64,000 nucleotides of DNA from Lama glama (Eukaryota): positions 99,450,001 to 99,514,000 of the forward strand of contig CM052817.1 in NCBI GenBank assembly GCA_028534125.1, in the 5' to 3' direction. A program made the translations under genes and the position numbers. Under the pieces are notes generated by a model. It had not been told where the DNA came from. It worked only from the letters and a program-made list of their open reading frames with translations, and ran no database searches. This document shows, one piece after another, positions 1-13,728 of the stretch; position 1 is the stretch's first letter, and every line of letters starts with the position of its first letter.

Positions 1-1131
1 TAAAAGAAATCCTATAGAAATCAAAGAACTCGAAATCTAATAATCTCCAGATATTCAGCAATAGGGTAAACTATACCACCTAATTCAGTAACTCTCAAGA
101 GCATCATTATGTTATCAAAACAGTTCAACAAATACTCAAGCAGATAAGTGAATTCTTTCAAATATGGTTAAGTTATTTGCAAATAAGGAGATTAAGAGTG
201 ATTAACATGAGGTCATGTCTCGTTTGGAAGTGGCAGAATTGGACTTAAAACCAGTTCTCTCCATTGCATAAAGTTTGTTTAAAATAAAATGTATTAGTAT
301 ATCAACCATATTTCAATTAAAAAATACAATAAAATAAAATACAATGTATTAAAATCAAGTATTTCAAATTCTGTTACCTGAGTGATACACAAGTATTCCA
401 TACAGTAAAAGTTCCTAATTATTTTGTGCTGAAATACTACAACGTGCCAACTGTAGGCATGTAGGAATTTTTCCCCCAGGACCTTCACCCAGGTGATGTT
501 CTATGTATTCTTAATTTGTAGTAAGGGTTCCAAAAAACTACAAATGGCTGATGGGTAAGAATCAGAGACTAGTCATCTGAACACTCAAGATACTTACTAG
601 AAAAAGAAATGGTGTATGGCCATGCTCATCTTTCTATTCCTAAAATGTTCTCATTTGTGCATGCGTTCATAATTTACTCATTTATGCAACAAATATTTAT
701 TTCATCCTTATTATGCCATGCTCTTTCCAGCCTGAGAAGACATCTTAATGCAAGCTGTAAGTCTCACTTCCTACACTACTCCCTGACATAGCTCAAAGTC
801 AGCTCATACTTTTCTGAACCATAAGATAAAGGGAACCACAAAGAAGCTGCCAATGAAACTAGCTAATTACATTCAACTGTTAAAATCCAATTAAGAGAGA
901 AATACATGCCATACATAGGAAAACTTTTACATTGTATGACTTAATAGTTAGGATTTACAATTTTATCCAATATGCCAAAATATACAATGTCTTAACTGAC
1001 ACACCATCTTTCACTAAAAATGTAAATGGTAATCTGCTGTAAATCTTCACCCTAAACACTAACTTCCCTTCATTGCTAACATACACATTTTCTTCTTTGT
1101 TATGCTTTGACTTCCCAAAGAAATTTCAAAT

Positions 1132-1152
1132 TGTGTGTGTGTGTGTGTGTGT
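1132..1152. repeat. (TG)n microsatellite
   Basis: About 10 TG units. Confidence 0.95.
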
Positions 1153-3706
1153 AATAGACAAAAAGAAATTTTGGCTTTTATTCTAATATATGCACACTTT
1201 AACTTAGAAGAAAGGAAAGAAGTAAATGGAATCATAAAAGTGGTGGTATGACTTAACATAAAAAAATCCTTGCTAGCAGCATCAAATTCTTTAACACTCC
1301 TTTGTGTACCTAGCTATCTTACTTGTCAGTGAGTAAACTTATGTTTAATAAGTCTAAAAAAGCTTGTTTTAAACTAAAGGTTTTTTTTAAACAAACTCAT
1401 GTTTACGTCCAAAATAAATCCTGTGACATAAGCTCCACTATGGAACAAGTAAAATCAAAATAACTATTTTATGTTAGTTGGGTCTATGTAAATCCCATTC
1501 TAAAATGTTTTTATTTAGCATTTTATCCAACACAAAATTTAATGTATACATGTTGAAATCTAGAATTCAGATAATTTTAATGGACATATGTTTATATCCT
1601 TCTGTTGTAGAAGAAAATGATACTCAAAAATAACAGCTAAAAGTCCAAATGACTCTTCACTAATCTAATTCCTAAAATACATTTTTTCCAGTATACTAAA
1701 CACATAAATTTGACAACTAAGTACATTTCAAGTGGATAAAAGCATATTCTTTACAGTCACATAGGCATATGTACCTATCCACAATGTGGAACTGTACAAT
1801 CTGTCAATAGTGCTCTCAGCTAGCCAGAATCTAAAAATTATACTTTAAAAAGAACTAAACTGGGTTAAATTAAATATCAGATATCAAAGGAAATGTACCA
1901 CTATTTCAAATTTACTTCAGAAGTACTTATAAATGCAATGAGGAGAAACACAAGTCTGTTTTGGTTTTAGGTTTTGTTTGGGGTTGTTGGTTGGTTGTTT
2001 TGTTTACTAACTAGAAAACAAGAAGGAGCTCTAAAAGAAATTCCAAAATCATGTATGAGAAGGTTAATGTAAAAAACACCAAATGACATTTCATACTTAG
2101 GAAATACCACCTCCAGTTAGGCCTGACTCAAACTCTAAGCAACACAATCACAGCCTTCGTGCAAATCAGATCAATTTTACCATCTTTTGGTTGATTGCGT
2201 TTTACTATCATTGCCCAGAAAGGACCAGGAGCAACATGAGTGTTAGTTGGTTTTGCAATCTTTGACTCTGAGTCAAAGGTAAGTTTCTTCAAGAGTACAA
2301 TACTTGGATTAGAAATCAGTAGTTCTCAAACTTTAAATGGAGCTCTTTTAACATAAAAATCAACATTTTAACATCAACTTAAAATATACAAATTAAATTG
2401 GATAGAGAAAATTTCTTTCCAAAGCAGCGTTTTCTAAGTAACTAGCATGCTATAATTAGAAATGTAGTACAATAATTCATTCTTTTACGTCCTAATCTAG
2501 AATATTCTTCGTGACTAAGACCAAGCCTATTATGTACATAGACCTTGGTCAACCATCAGCCTCCTTTTTAACTAGCAGAGGATGCTAAGACACGATCTGA
2601 AATAGAATGTATGCAGACCACAAAAATCAGTAAGATGTTTAAAGAAGAGGGAGTGTACTGGTACAGTAACTATTTCTGAACCAATCAGTAAAAGTCATCA
2701 TGCTTACTTTTTCACTCTACTGAAGGTAGCAAACATGCTAGGAAAACAAAACAGAAATCTACTCACCGTGCAGTGACTGAAAACAAAGATTTTTACAGGC
2801 TTTTCACTTGAGCCAGAGTGCCAAGGAAGCTACCAATTTGAAAAGATCAGAATACAGGTTTCAAGGAAAAGCAGCAGCAGCCCAAGGCGGGAAAGGGCAA
2901 CGACAGTTCTACTTGCCGTGAGTAGAGGGAGAGAAAAGAAATCTTTGTGGAAATTTCCACCTTCCTCTAAAGGACAGAAAAAACAATAGGATGTACCAAA
3001 CTAATAATATACCCAGTGGGGCCAGAGAGCAGAGAAGCTAGCTGAAAACATCCTTATTAAGAGTCAAACTTTGACTTGCTTTAGGCAAAAATATTCTTAA
3101 AATTTTGTTCCAACAGCAAGTCCTCATGTCTTCATATTTATACAGGAAGGGTTTTCCTCATCTATACCAGTGAATTGGTATTTCTAGGCAAAAATAAGAA
3201 CTTAAACTATACAACAGTCCCAATGAGTGGAGGTTCTTGGGACTATGGTGGACAATAATTGGAAATTAAGAATATTTCACCCCCAACTCCAGTAAGGACA
3301 AGAGCTAAAACAGAAACACACCAATATAGATATTAGAGAAACTACGCTAGTGTCTTCAAGGTCACTGACAATAAGGGACTTACAAGAGTATGGGTATAAA
3401 TCTCTACCAGGTAGGACAAAAGCCAATTCAACAAGCGCAGTCATCTTACTGAAAACTGTTCCTCTAAGACCAAAGTCAAATCAGTATCTGTCATATTAAA
3501 TTAGATTATTACAAATATGCATATCAAATATGCAAGAAAAAAAAATAAAGCCCAAGGTATAAACACACGGTGACCCGAGATAATTTTAATTATAAAACCA
3601 TTTGAAAAGACAAAAAAGCCAAATACTACTGCTCTCAAAACACAACAGGATAGCACACACTAGATCCTGTTGTTGAGCACAGTTCTACTACATTCAACAT
3701 ACCATG

Positions 3707-3868
3707 TATAGCACAGGGGAACTATATTCAATATCTTATAGTAATGAACGGTGAAAAAAGATATGAAAATGAATATACATATGTTCCTATATGACTGAAG
3801 TATTGTGCTGTACACCAGAAGTTGATACAACGTTGTAATGTGATTATACTTCAATTTAAAAAAAAAAA
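3707..3868 (+). mobile_element. 5'-truncated L1 3' end (camelid type)
   Basis: gtatagcacagggg...tatacttcaatt plus poly(A). TSD ATACCATG at 3699-3706 and 3869-3876. Confidence 0.9.
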
Positions 3869-5482
3869 ATACCATGGATGCTATCTTGGCAATTTTTTAA
3901 TAAACTTTGGCAGCAGACTTTAAGTTCCTAAAAAATTGCTCCCCAAATGTTAATAACCTTAATTAAAGCATTATAATTCCAAGGAACAAATTATAGAGAG
4001 CTAAAGAAAAAATATACATAGAGGCCATACATCATTAGTTAAAATAACATATGAGAAAATGAAAGAACGTTGATAATGATTGAAGCTGGCTGATGGGTGC
4101 AGAGGAGCTGAGCTCTCTCATGCTTTTCTATACATTTGAAATTTTCCACAATAAAATTTTGTTAATTTTTATTGATTAACAATAGGTCAAATTTTAAACC
4201 CCAAAATGTAAGATTTTGTTAAATATTTTAAAATTGTAGAGAGAAAAAACAAGGTAACTAGCAGTAAGTACCTAGTAGGTGTTTTAATATATAACAATCC
4301 CTATGAGATACACAGAATCAGCCCTATTTTCCATAAGAAAAAACTAAAAATCAGAGTGGTAAATTTTCTTGCCCAAGATCATAAAATAACTGAGATTCAC
4401 AACCAAAGAGGAGAGGCAGAAAGAGCGAGAAGGGGAGAGGATAAAAAGAAAGCAGGCAATAAGTTGGTTAAAGGGAAAAAAACACCATTGCACTAATATA
4501 CAAAAGACAAAATTAGAGAAATAAAATTTCTAGACAATTCCACAAGTTAAAAGATTCTTGTATTATTCAATGACAAGTATTTAAGGAAAAAAGACAAATA
4601 TACAGCTGTATTTTAAAATCTGTAATTATGCTGTATCTGCAAATATTTGTGTATGTTACTAGCTCTGATATACCCAATCCTAAAGAACCTCCAGTTCTGC
4701 CATGTTAGTAACCATAAAAATACACATACACACACACACACATACATACATTAAAATTACTCTTAACCTTGTTTAGTTATCTAACCACAAGTCAGAATAA
4801 ACCCAAGAAAATATTGAAAAAGTGTCATAACATGTTTAAAGTGGTACTTTGTATTTGTAATCCAGAAAACTTTGGTATATATTCAGTGTATTTTAAGATC
4901 ACTATCCAGATATATTACTCCAACCCTCCAGTGTTAAGGCAAATATATAAAAGTAATACCATAAGTATGAAAATCCATTCTAAAGTACATAAAAAATGCT
5001 AGTTTCCTTCCTCACATCTTAATTGACAAAATCCTAGTTTCTCAATTTGTCTGTATAATGTCAGAGTAGAAAAACGCTAATTCTATTATGGACCACTGAT
5101 CTTCAGAAACATAATCAATTAGAAACTACAAAAAACAACTATAATCAGATTGAGCTTTTCATTTGAGTGTGGGTAAATCTGAAGAAAGAGAAAGCCAAGA
5201 AACAATAGAAAAATCTGCCTCAAATGAAAAGAGGAATAATAAAACTTGATTCACTAAACTGAAAGCCATTAATGTCTAAGTAAAGAGAGAAACGTATGAT
5301 AATTTAGGAGACTTGGGTTCCAGAACCAGTTCTGGTCCTAAACAGCTGACCCAACTTAAACACCTCTTTAATCCTCAATTTCCTTACCTAAAAATTGACA
5401 GTTAGAATGTGTTATTTTTATGTTTCCTTCCATGCTATGACATGTTGTAACAGGTTCTGTCACATGCCAAGAAATGCAAATA

Positions 5483-5948
5483 CAGGCATACCTCATTTTA
5501 CAGCAAAAATTTCACTTTACTGTGCTTTGCAGATTTTGCATTTTTGACAAAGTGAAGGTTTGTGGCAGCCCTGCACGGAACAAGTCTATCAGTGCCATTT
5601 TGCCAACAGCATTTGCTCACTTCATGTCTCTGTGTCACATTTTGGTAATTCTCACAAAACTGCAAACTTTTTCGTTATTATCATTATCATGGTGATCTGT
5701 GATCACTGATCTTTGATGTTACTAATGTAATTCTTTTCACATGTTTTAGCAATAAAAAAATACACTGTATTTTTAGACATAATGGTATTGCACACCTAGC
5801 AGACTACATTATAAGTAGACTACACTATAAATGTAACTTTTATATGTTACTGGAAAACCAAAAAAATTTGTATGACTTGTTTTATTGCAATATTCATTTT
5901 ATTGTGACAGTCTGGAATTGAACCTGCAGTATCTCCTAAGTATGCCCA
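5483..5948 (+). mobile_element. Tigger1 internal-deletion derivative (Tigger1a-like)
   Basis: Terminal inverted repeats CAGGCATACCTC...AAGTATGCCCA flanked by TA. Tigger1-like interior (tgaaggtttgtggcagccctgc). Confidence 0.9.
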
Positions 5949-6439
5949 TAGTTCAAAACAAAATAACACACTAAGGCTAGTTAAGAAGGGGAGAAATTTT
6001 CAACAACCAGAAATCAAAAAAAAAAAAAATCAAAGGACAATCATCTCAAGGATAGAACCTAGAAGAGAAAAATTAGAGACTATCTTAAGTAACTGACTAA
6101 ATTCACATCCCACAAGAGAACTAAACAATATTACCAATAAATTTTGATGATTTTTAATTATTTATAAATATATACGTTACTATATAGTTGGTAGAGAATA
6201 TCACTTCAACCACAGAAAAAGCTGAAGTATGATTCTTATTCTTATGTCTTAATTCAAACCTTTATAGCCTAAAAATGATTTGGCTTTAAAGTGGTGCAGC
6301 TCAAGATTAACAGTAACATAAAACACTATAAGACACTTGCCTGGTCAAAAATATGTAAATATTTTGTTATTCCATCTTGAATATGCCAGAAGCTATGTTA
6401 AATATTACAAGTTAAAAAAATGAAGGCCTACAACAAAAC

Positions 6440-7125
6440 ACTACTACAAACTTCCTAGAATCTAGAATAAAATTAAAAACAATGACAATACCAAGTGTTG
6501 TCAAGGATGGACAACTAGAACTCAGCATTACTGGTGGGAATGGAAAACAGCACAGCTACTTTGGATAAGAATTTGGCCGTTTCTTATAAATTTAAAATGC
6601 ATTTACCACATGAGTCAGTAAGCATACTCTTGGCTATTTACCCAGGAAAAACGAAAACATGTCCACATAAAGACTTGTATGGAAATGTCCAGAGACAACT
6701 TTATCTATAATGGCCGATGGAAACCAGATGGTGACTGGATAAACAAGTTGCGGTTCGTCTATACAGTAAAATACAGCTCAAATAAAAAGAAACAAATGTA
6801 ATATATGCAAAAACATGAAAGAATCTCAAATGCAGTATGCTAAGTATAAGAAGCTAGTCACAAGACTACTCACTGATGATTTCATTTTTATTTGACATTC
6901 TAGAAAAGACGAAAGTATAGGGACAGAAACTAGATCACTGTCAGGGGTTGGGAATAGGGAAGAGAGGCCTGACTACTAGAGGGTACATGAGAACTTTCCG
7001 GGGTGACATAAACATCCTACATCTCAACCACGATGATGGTTACAAGGTGATATACACCAAACTCTACACCTAAAAGCAATGAGTTTTATTCTGTGTCTAT
7101 TGCACCTCAATAAACCTGACTTCAA
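6440..7125 (+). mobile_element. Old L1 (L1MC/MD/ME-type) 3' fragment
   Basis: Degenerate ORF2 C-terminus and 3' UTR ending cctcaataaacctgac. Confidence 0.85.
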
Positions 7126-7139
7126 GAAAGAAGATAATA

Positions 7140-7760
7140 AAGGTATAGTCTCTGCCTTCAAGCTCTTGGTCAAGTGGGAGAAATGTATAAACATACAATT
7201 ATAACAGCACTAAATAAATGCTACATGCTATGAACAAAGCTCCGTGGTGGAACATGCAGAACAAACATGTGTCTCGGAGTTGGGCAGAGAGTTGGGATTC
7301 GTAAAGAAGGTGATATCTAAGCTAAGTCTTAAAGTATGAGCTTGACAATGACAGGCAGAGAAGGAAGAAAAGCATCCAAGCAGAGAGAAGAGTTGAAAGA
7401 AGAGCACAATGTTGTGAAGGCAAGACCTACTAAGAGAGTAAGAAAAAGTTCAGCATGGCTTAAGTATAGCTTATAGAGTGAAGACGATGAGAAAGGAAAG
7501 AAAATACAGGAGGAGTTGGGGCCTCGGAGACCATGCTGTGGAACGGCACGGCAGAGGAAAAGAACAGTTCTGAAAGGTTTTACGATAATCCCAGCAAGAG
7601 ATTCCGGGGGGTGGAACTAAGAGGCAGACTGTTCAGTGACAGACCGGTTGTGGGAATGAGGAAGGAAGAAGGCAAGTCAAGGTTAAGTTTCTGGGAAAGG
7701 GAAAGGGATAGCACTGAAATGAAGACTGCAAGAGGAAATACAGTTTGTTTGATAACCTTG
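7140..7760 (-). mobile_element. L2 fragment
   Basis: gtctctgccttcaagctc... with the purine-rich antisense L2 pattern. Confidence 0.6.
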
Positions 7761-8039
7761 GTTAGGAAGGAATCATCAGGCTTTTTGTTTCCCTACCTAC
7801 TAATTAGTTTACTTACATGCCTTCTCTAACTAAAATTCATTATAAATTAAATATTTGAACTACTTTATCAACTGTAAGAAATAAAGGTAATACAGCATAA
7901 CTTCACCAGAATCTTTACAATGTCTTAAGAGAGAGCAGCCTAACAGTTACTTTAAAAAATAAATTTTTTTTAAAAAATGGGAAAAATGAAAGAAATTGAA
8001 AATAGGAGAGGAAGAACTTACCATATTTAATATAGAAAC

Positions 8040-8771
8040 CACCGCCCTTATCCACAGTTTCAGTTACCCTAGGTCAACCATGGTCCAAAAATATTAAATG
8101 GAAAATTCCAGAAATAAACTATTTCTCAGTTTTAAATTGCAGGTCATTCTGAGTAGAGTGATGCAATCTCGAGTCATCCTGCTCCATCCCACCCAGGACA
8201 CAAACCATCCCTTTGTCTAGCATAGCCCACCCTTTCACCCCTTAGTAGCCATCTAGGTTAGCACATCGACCGTAGAGGTATTGCAGTGCTTGGGTTCAAG
8301 CAGCCCTTATTTTACTTAATAATGATCCCAAAGTGCAAGAGTAGTGATGCTGACAATTTGGATATGCCAAAGAGAAGCCATAAAGTGTTCACTTTAAGCA
8401 AAAAGGTGAAAGCCAGTGACCTAATAAGCAAAGAAAAACATCGTATGCTGAGATTGCTAAGGTCTCCAGTATGAATGAATTTTCTTCTATCCGTGAAATT
8501 GTGAAGGAAAAAAAAAAACCCATGCTTATTTTGCAGTCAAACCTCAATCTGCAAAAGTTAGAACCACAGTGCATGGTTAAGTGCTTATTTAAGGTGGAAA
8601 AGGCATTACATTTGTACAGGCATAACTAGGAAGATGGTGGAGATTCAGTTCCAGACTACCACAATAAAACAAATATTGCAGTAAAGTGAGTCAGGAATTT
8701 TTTGGTTTCCCAGTGCATATAAAAGTTATACTTACACTATACTATAGTTTGTTAGGCATGCAACAGCATTA

Positions 8772-8822
<51 letters not shown>

Positions 8823-9320
8823 CTTAATTTAAAAATACTTCATTGCTAAAACATGTCAACACAACTATAATAGTAACATCAAAGATCTTATATAATATAT
8901 ACTATTATATAATAAATATAATACTGAAAAAGTTTACAATATTATGAGAATTACCAAAATGTGACAGAGACAAGGAGTGAGCAAATGCTGGTGGAAAATT
9001 GGCCCACCAGACTTGCTATACACAAAGTTGCCACAAACCTTCAATTTCTGGAAGAAAAGGTGTGCTGGTAGAATACGTCTTGAGAGAGAGCACATTCACA
9101 TAACTTCTTTCACAGGATATTGTTACAATTGTTCCATTTTATTATTAGTTATTAGTGTTAATCTCTTGCTCTGCCTAACTTATAAATTAGAGCATACCAC
9201 AGAAATATATGTGGTATACATATAGGAAAACACAGTATATATAATGTTTGGTACTATCCGTGGTTTCAGGTAACCACTGAGCTCTTGGAACGTAACCCTG
9301 CAAATAAGGAAGGACTACTG
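8040..9320 (+). mobile_element. MER44/Tigger7-type DNA transposon interrupted by a Tigger1a copy
   Basis: cccttatccacagtttcagttacc...aaatggaaaattccagaaataaac; terminal ggactactg-TA at ~9320. Confidence 0.85.
8617..9068 (-). mobile_element. Tigger1a-like element nested in MER44, inverted relative to the 5483 copy
   Basis: TA-CAGGCATAAC terminus; reverse complement of the 5483-5948 element; contains (TA)18(CA)5 at 8776-8821. Confidence 0.85.
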
Positions 9321-9499
9321 TACTGCCTAAGTTTCCAATGTACATATTACCTTCCAAATTTTTAGTTGAAAATCAATTAATTGAAATCTAGAATACAGTT
9401 TCCCAAAGAAGCAATGGATACAGAGTACAGCTGAACTCCAGAATTATACCAGTGTTATACCAACCTACTAAAGAACCACCCTCACTACTACCACCACAG

Positions 9500-9980
9500 C
9501 ACAGTGGTTAGAACAGGTTGCTCTGAAGTTGCTCTGTCTAGGGTTCACCATCTACCTCCTCTGCCACTTTGTGACCCTGGGCATGTTAATTAACTCTGCA
9601 AGCCTGAGGCTCCTCACACCTTTAAAATGAAGATGATAAAATCACCTACCTCACAGTTACTGTGAGGATTAAAAGACATAATCAATTTAAAGCATTAAGC
9701 ACATTCATTCATCCAACACATATTTGAGCACCAACTATGTGTCAGGCACTATACTAAGCACTGACAATATAGTAGTAAACCAAAAAATGGAGCTTATTTT
9801 CTAACATAAGGAAACACGAACAAAATATATGATGGAGATAAATGCTATGAAAAATAAAGCAGAATATAGGAGGTAAAGAGTGACAAGGAGCGCACCTGTT
9901 TGGCAGTATGTAAAGATTCTCTAACAAGGTAACATCTGAACAGAGACCTTAAGGGAAGAATCACAGATAACTGGAAGAAG
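9500..9980. mobile_element. MIR (~9500-9700) followed by L2 tail (~9705-9980)
   Basis: MIR core tgtgaccctgggcatg...acctcacagttactgtgaggattaaa; L2 cattcattcatccaacacatatttgagcaccaactatgtgtcaggcact. Confidence 0.8.
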
Positions 9981-10721
9981 AAATCAGATCCGTTTCTGGC
10001 AATACAGGAGACTTAGCTGTCCAGAAAAACACTCATGCTTCGGAATTCCTTAAAATGCTGAATATTAAGCTAAAAAACTATTTTCATGGATGGTTGAACT
10101 AGAGAGACCCCAAGGAAAATCTCTGCAGGTAAGAAACAACAAAGCTTCAGAGAGCACTGAGGCCAGTATCTGCCCTGAGAGCAGCCACCAATCTCTAGAG
10201 GTTTAGAAACTGAGTCTAAAAGGACTACTAAGGCAGAAAAGGACAAAAAGCTTGTGGCCTAAACAAGGTGGGAAATCTGAAAAGAAACTCTCTCAGCAGG
10301 TGAACCAGGTGTAGGGGGACAACAGGGACAGGATATGCTTATTGTAGGAAACAGTGGATATATTTTGTGTCTCAAGCTGGGTAGAAGAGAAAAAAAGAAA
10401 TCTCTCCCCTCTCACTCCAAAATGGGACGGAACTCATATCACCTGTGAGGTTTAACAAAATTCAAACTAAAAATTTAGTTTCAAGAGATTCTGAGTTTGA
10501 AGACACTGGAGCATAACAGAAGCAAACACCAATCTCATTAGGAGGAGTGTACTTATACCCAGGCCTCAAACTATACTCAAAAATAAAAAGCCACAGAACA
10601 CAAGCTCACAATTTTTTTTAAATCACAAAATAATGAAGAAACAAACCCTCAAGAATCAGCAGAACAAGAAGCTTTATAGAAACAGACCCCAAACAGTGAA
10701 GAAGATAAAAATGATCAGATA

Positions 10722-10910
10722 CACAAAAAATAGATAAAAAACAAATTTTTTCTGTATAGTACAGGGAACTATATTCAATGTCTTCTAATAATCTTTCACA
10801 AAAAAGAATATGAAAACAAATACATGTATGTATATGAATGACTGGGACATTATGCTGTACACCAGAAACTGACACACTGTAACTGACTATACTTCAATTT
10901 TTTTAAAAAA
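10722..10910 (+). mobile_element. L1 3' end inserted into an old L1ME-like 5' fragment
   Basis: Same 3' UTR family as the 3707 and 15250 copies; TSD ATGATCAGATA at 10711-10721 and 11100-11110. Confidence 0.88.
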
Positions 10911-12967
10911 TGCACACGCACGTGCACTCACACACACAAACAACACAGAGGAATTTGTTATTTCTCTCAGTAGTATCACTCTGTAATACACCTTGCAAAT
11001 AGCTTTCATACACCTATAGATTTTGTTTTTCTCTTAACAGGTACTCAAATACTTGTTGAATAAATTGAAAAAATTTAAATATTAATTTAAAAATTAAACA
11101 TGATCAGATATGCAATATTAAAATGTTAATGTTTAAGAAAATAAGAGATATCAGAAAGGTGACCAGGGAAAAGGAACTATAAAAATATGAATATGAAAAA
11201 GAATCAAACAGAAGTTCAAGGTATAAAATTATAATTTATATTTATAGTATATGATTTATTGATATTTATAATATAATTAGATAACTAAGAGGAGATTATT
11301 CAAGGCAGAGGGAAAAACAAGAGTGAAGGGGCCACTGCATCCAGAATGGAGTAAACAAGAGTAGAGTAAGGGCAAAGGAGTACTGCTTAGTAGGTCACAG
11401 AAGCACTCAATAAATTTTAGATATTATCCCATAGATTCCATTGGAAAAATTTCGATAATAGAAACAGTCATTTTTTTCTTCCCCATTACAATATCAAATA
11501 TAGCAGCCAGAGCAGAGCTCTAGAAGACTCCAAGTAGGTCCAGAAGGGAATAGAAAACACTGAATTTCTTTGAAGTGAGAAGCATCTTAAGCAGTAGTTT
11601 CAGTGTCAAAAAAGAAATCTAGGTCTTGTGTGAGCAAGGTACAAAAGGAGGAAAATGGAAAAGTATCCCCAGGTGATTGAGAAGATAAGTATCTGGAAGC
11701 AACAATGATGAACAGGAGAAAAAGATCTATTAAAATTGTCATTGCAAAGTAGGGGACACTGCAAACTTGAGTATTAATTATTAATCAGGACACCCTCTCA
11801 GTGTTCAAAAATTTCCCAAGTGAAGTCACCATTATATTCTGTATAAATGAGAATTCAGAATAAATGAAATTCCCAAACATAAGCCAAAATTTTTCATGTT
11901 AACTTTTTAATGCTCAGCTTTTTCCAGATCTTTTCAAGAGATACTAACAAGTAACTAGCAAAATAACTATTTTTTCTTTTCTTTCATATTTCTGCCCTCA
12001 GGCTAAGGTGCTATCTAACAAAACCATGAAAAAAAACACAAGTAATACAGATTAAGAACAATATTCATAAATCACAACTTAGATGTCTAATTCATCTCTT
12101 AATATTAAAAAGCTGGTCATTTCATTTTTTCCCCTGGTTATCAGAATAAAAGAAAATTGAATGGTGGATATATTAAACATATACAAGTTACCATGTACTT
12201 ACCACTTGACACACAGGGAAACTGATTTAAAGAATCAGATAAAATATGCACAGTTAAATCAATGATAAAGTTTTTAAATCATTTATTTTCTCAAAGCTTA
12301 TCACTCTTAACAACGTTTCTGATTATCATGAACTAGTTCTTCAATGAATACAATTCTTGAGGAATTTAGTTAAGTGGCCATTTCTACAATTCTAATGTGA
12401 GCAAGCAACTTAAATTTATAGTCAAAACGGTATATAATACAGTGTGGAGGATTCAGGCTCAAACAACCTGGATCCTAATCCCATCTTACTAACTGTGGGA
12501 CTGGAGCATTTTTAATCTCTCCAATCCTGTTTTCTTGCTATAAAACAAGTTTTATAAAGTATTACCTCAAAGAGTGTTGTGTGGATTAAGTAAGATAATA
12601 CTTATAAAAACCACTTATGTTGGCTAATACATAATCTACCGACTCAGTCACACCCTGACTTACACCCAGGTTAAGCCCCATTACATCTGGACCACAGAAT
12701 GAAGTATTAATTTCAATCCTTCCTTCTGAAGTACCACTTGTATAATTTGATATAACTGTTCATGCATGCATAGTTAGCGTCATAGAATAAAAAATTAATG
12801 TCTAACGATATAAACTAGAGAAAATTTGAATGATATGCTATCCTGAATTTTGAACTTGGCTAAACTGAATAATTTTCTTTAGTGTTTCAAAGAAATAAAT
12901 CAACAAAACAGTCCCTGAAATTTTTAAGTCAAAAGCCATCTTCTCAATTTACGTGTTGTACCTAAGA

Positions 12968-13728
12968 GATTAACAGATGTTGGCGAGGATGTAAAGAAAA
13001 GTGAACCCTTGAACACTGTTAGTGGGAATGCAAATTGGTGCGGCCACTATGGAAAACAGTATGGAGGTTTCTCAAAAAAAACTAAAAAAGAACTACCATA
13101 TGATCCATCAATCCCACTCCTGGGTATATATCCCAAGAAAATGAAAACACTAATTCAAAAAGATACATGTACTCCAGTATTCATGGCAGCATTATTCACA
13201 TTGGCCAAGACAGGTAAGCAACCATACTGTCCCTCAACAGATGAATGGATAAAGAAGATGTCTTATGTATGTATGTATATACATATACAATGTAATACTA
13301 CTCAGCCATAAAAAGGAATGAAATTTTTCCATTTGCAACACTATGGATGGACCTAGAGATTATGCTTAGTGAAATAAGTCAGAGAAAGACAAATGCTGTA
13401 TGGTATCACTTATATGTGGCATCTTAAAAATACAACAAACTACTGAATATAACAAAAAAGAAAACTCACAGATAATAGAGAACAAACTAGTGGTAACCAC
13501 TGCGGAGAGAGGAGGGAGAAGGGAAATATGGGGCAGGGGATTAAGAAGTACAAACTATTAGGTATAAAATAAGCCACAAGTATATATTTTACAACATAGG
13601 AAATACAGAAAATATTTTATAGTAACTTTAAATGGAGTATAATCTTTAAAAAGTGTGAATCACTGTGTTGTACACCTGAAACTTAAATAGTACTGTAAAT
13701 AAACTATATCTCAATAAAAAATAAACAA
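12968..13728 (+). mobile_element. L1 (L1MA9-like) ORF2 C-terminus and 3' UTR
   Basis: ORF 13009-13311 contains ELPYDPSIPLLGIYPK...DEWIKKM of L1 ORF2; A-rich tail at ~13715. Confidence 0.93.
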
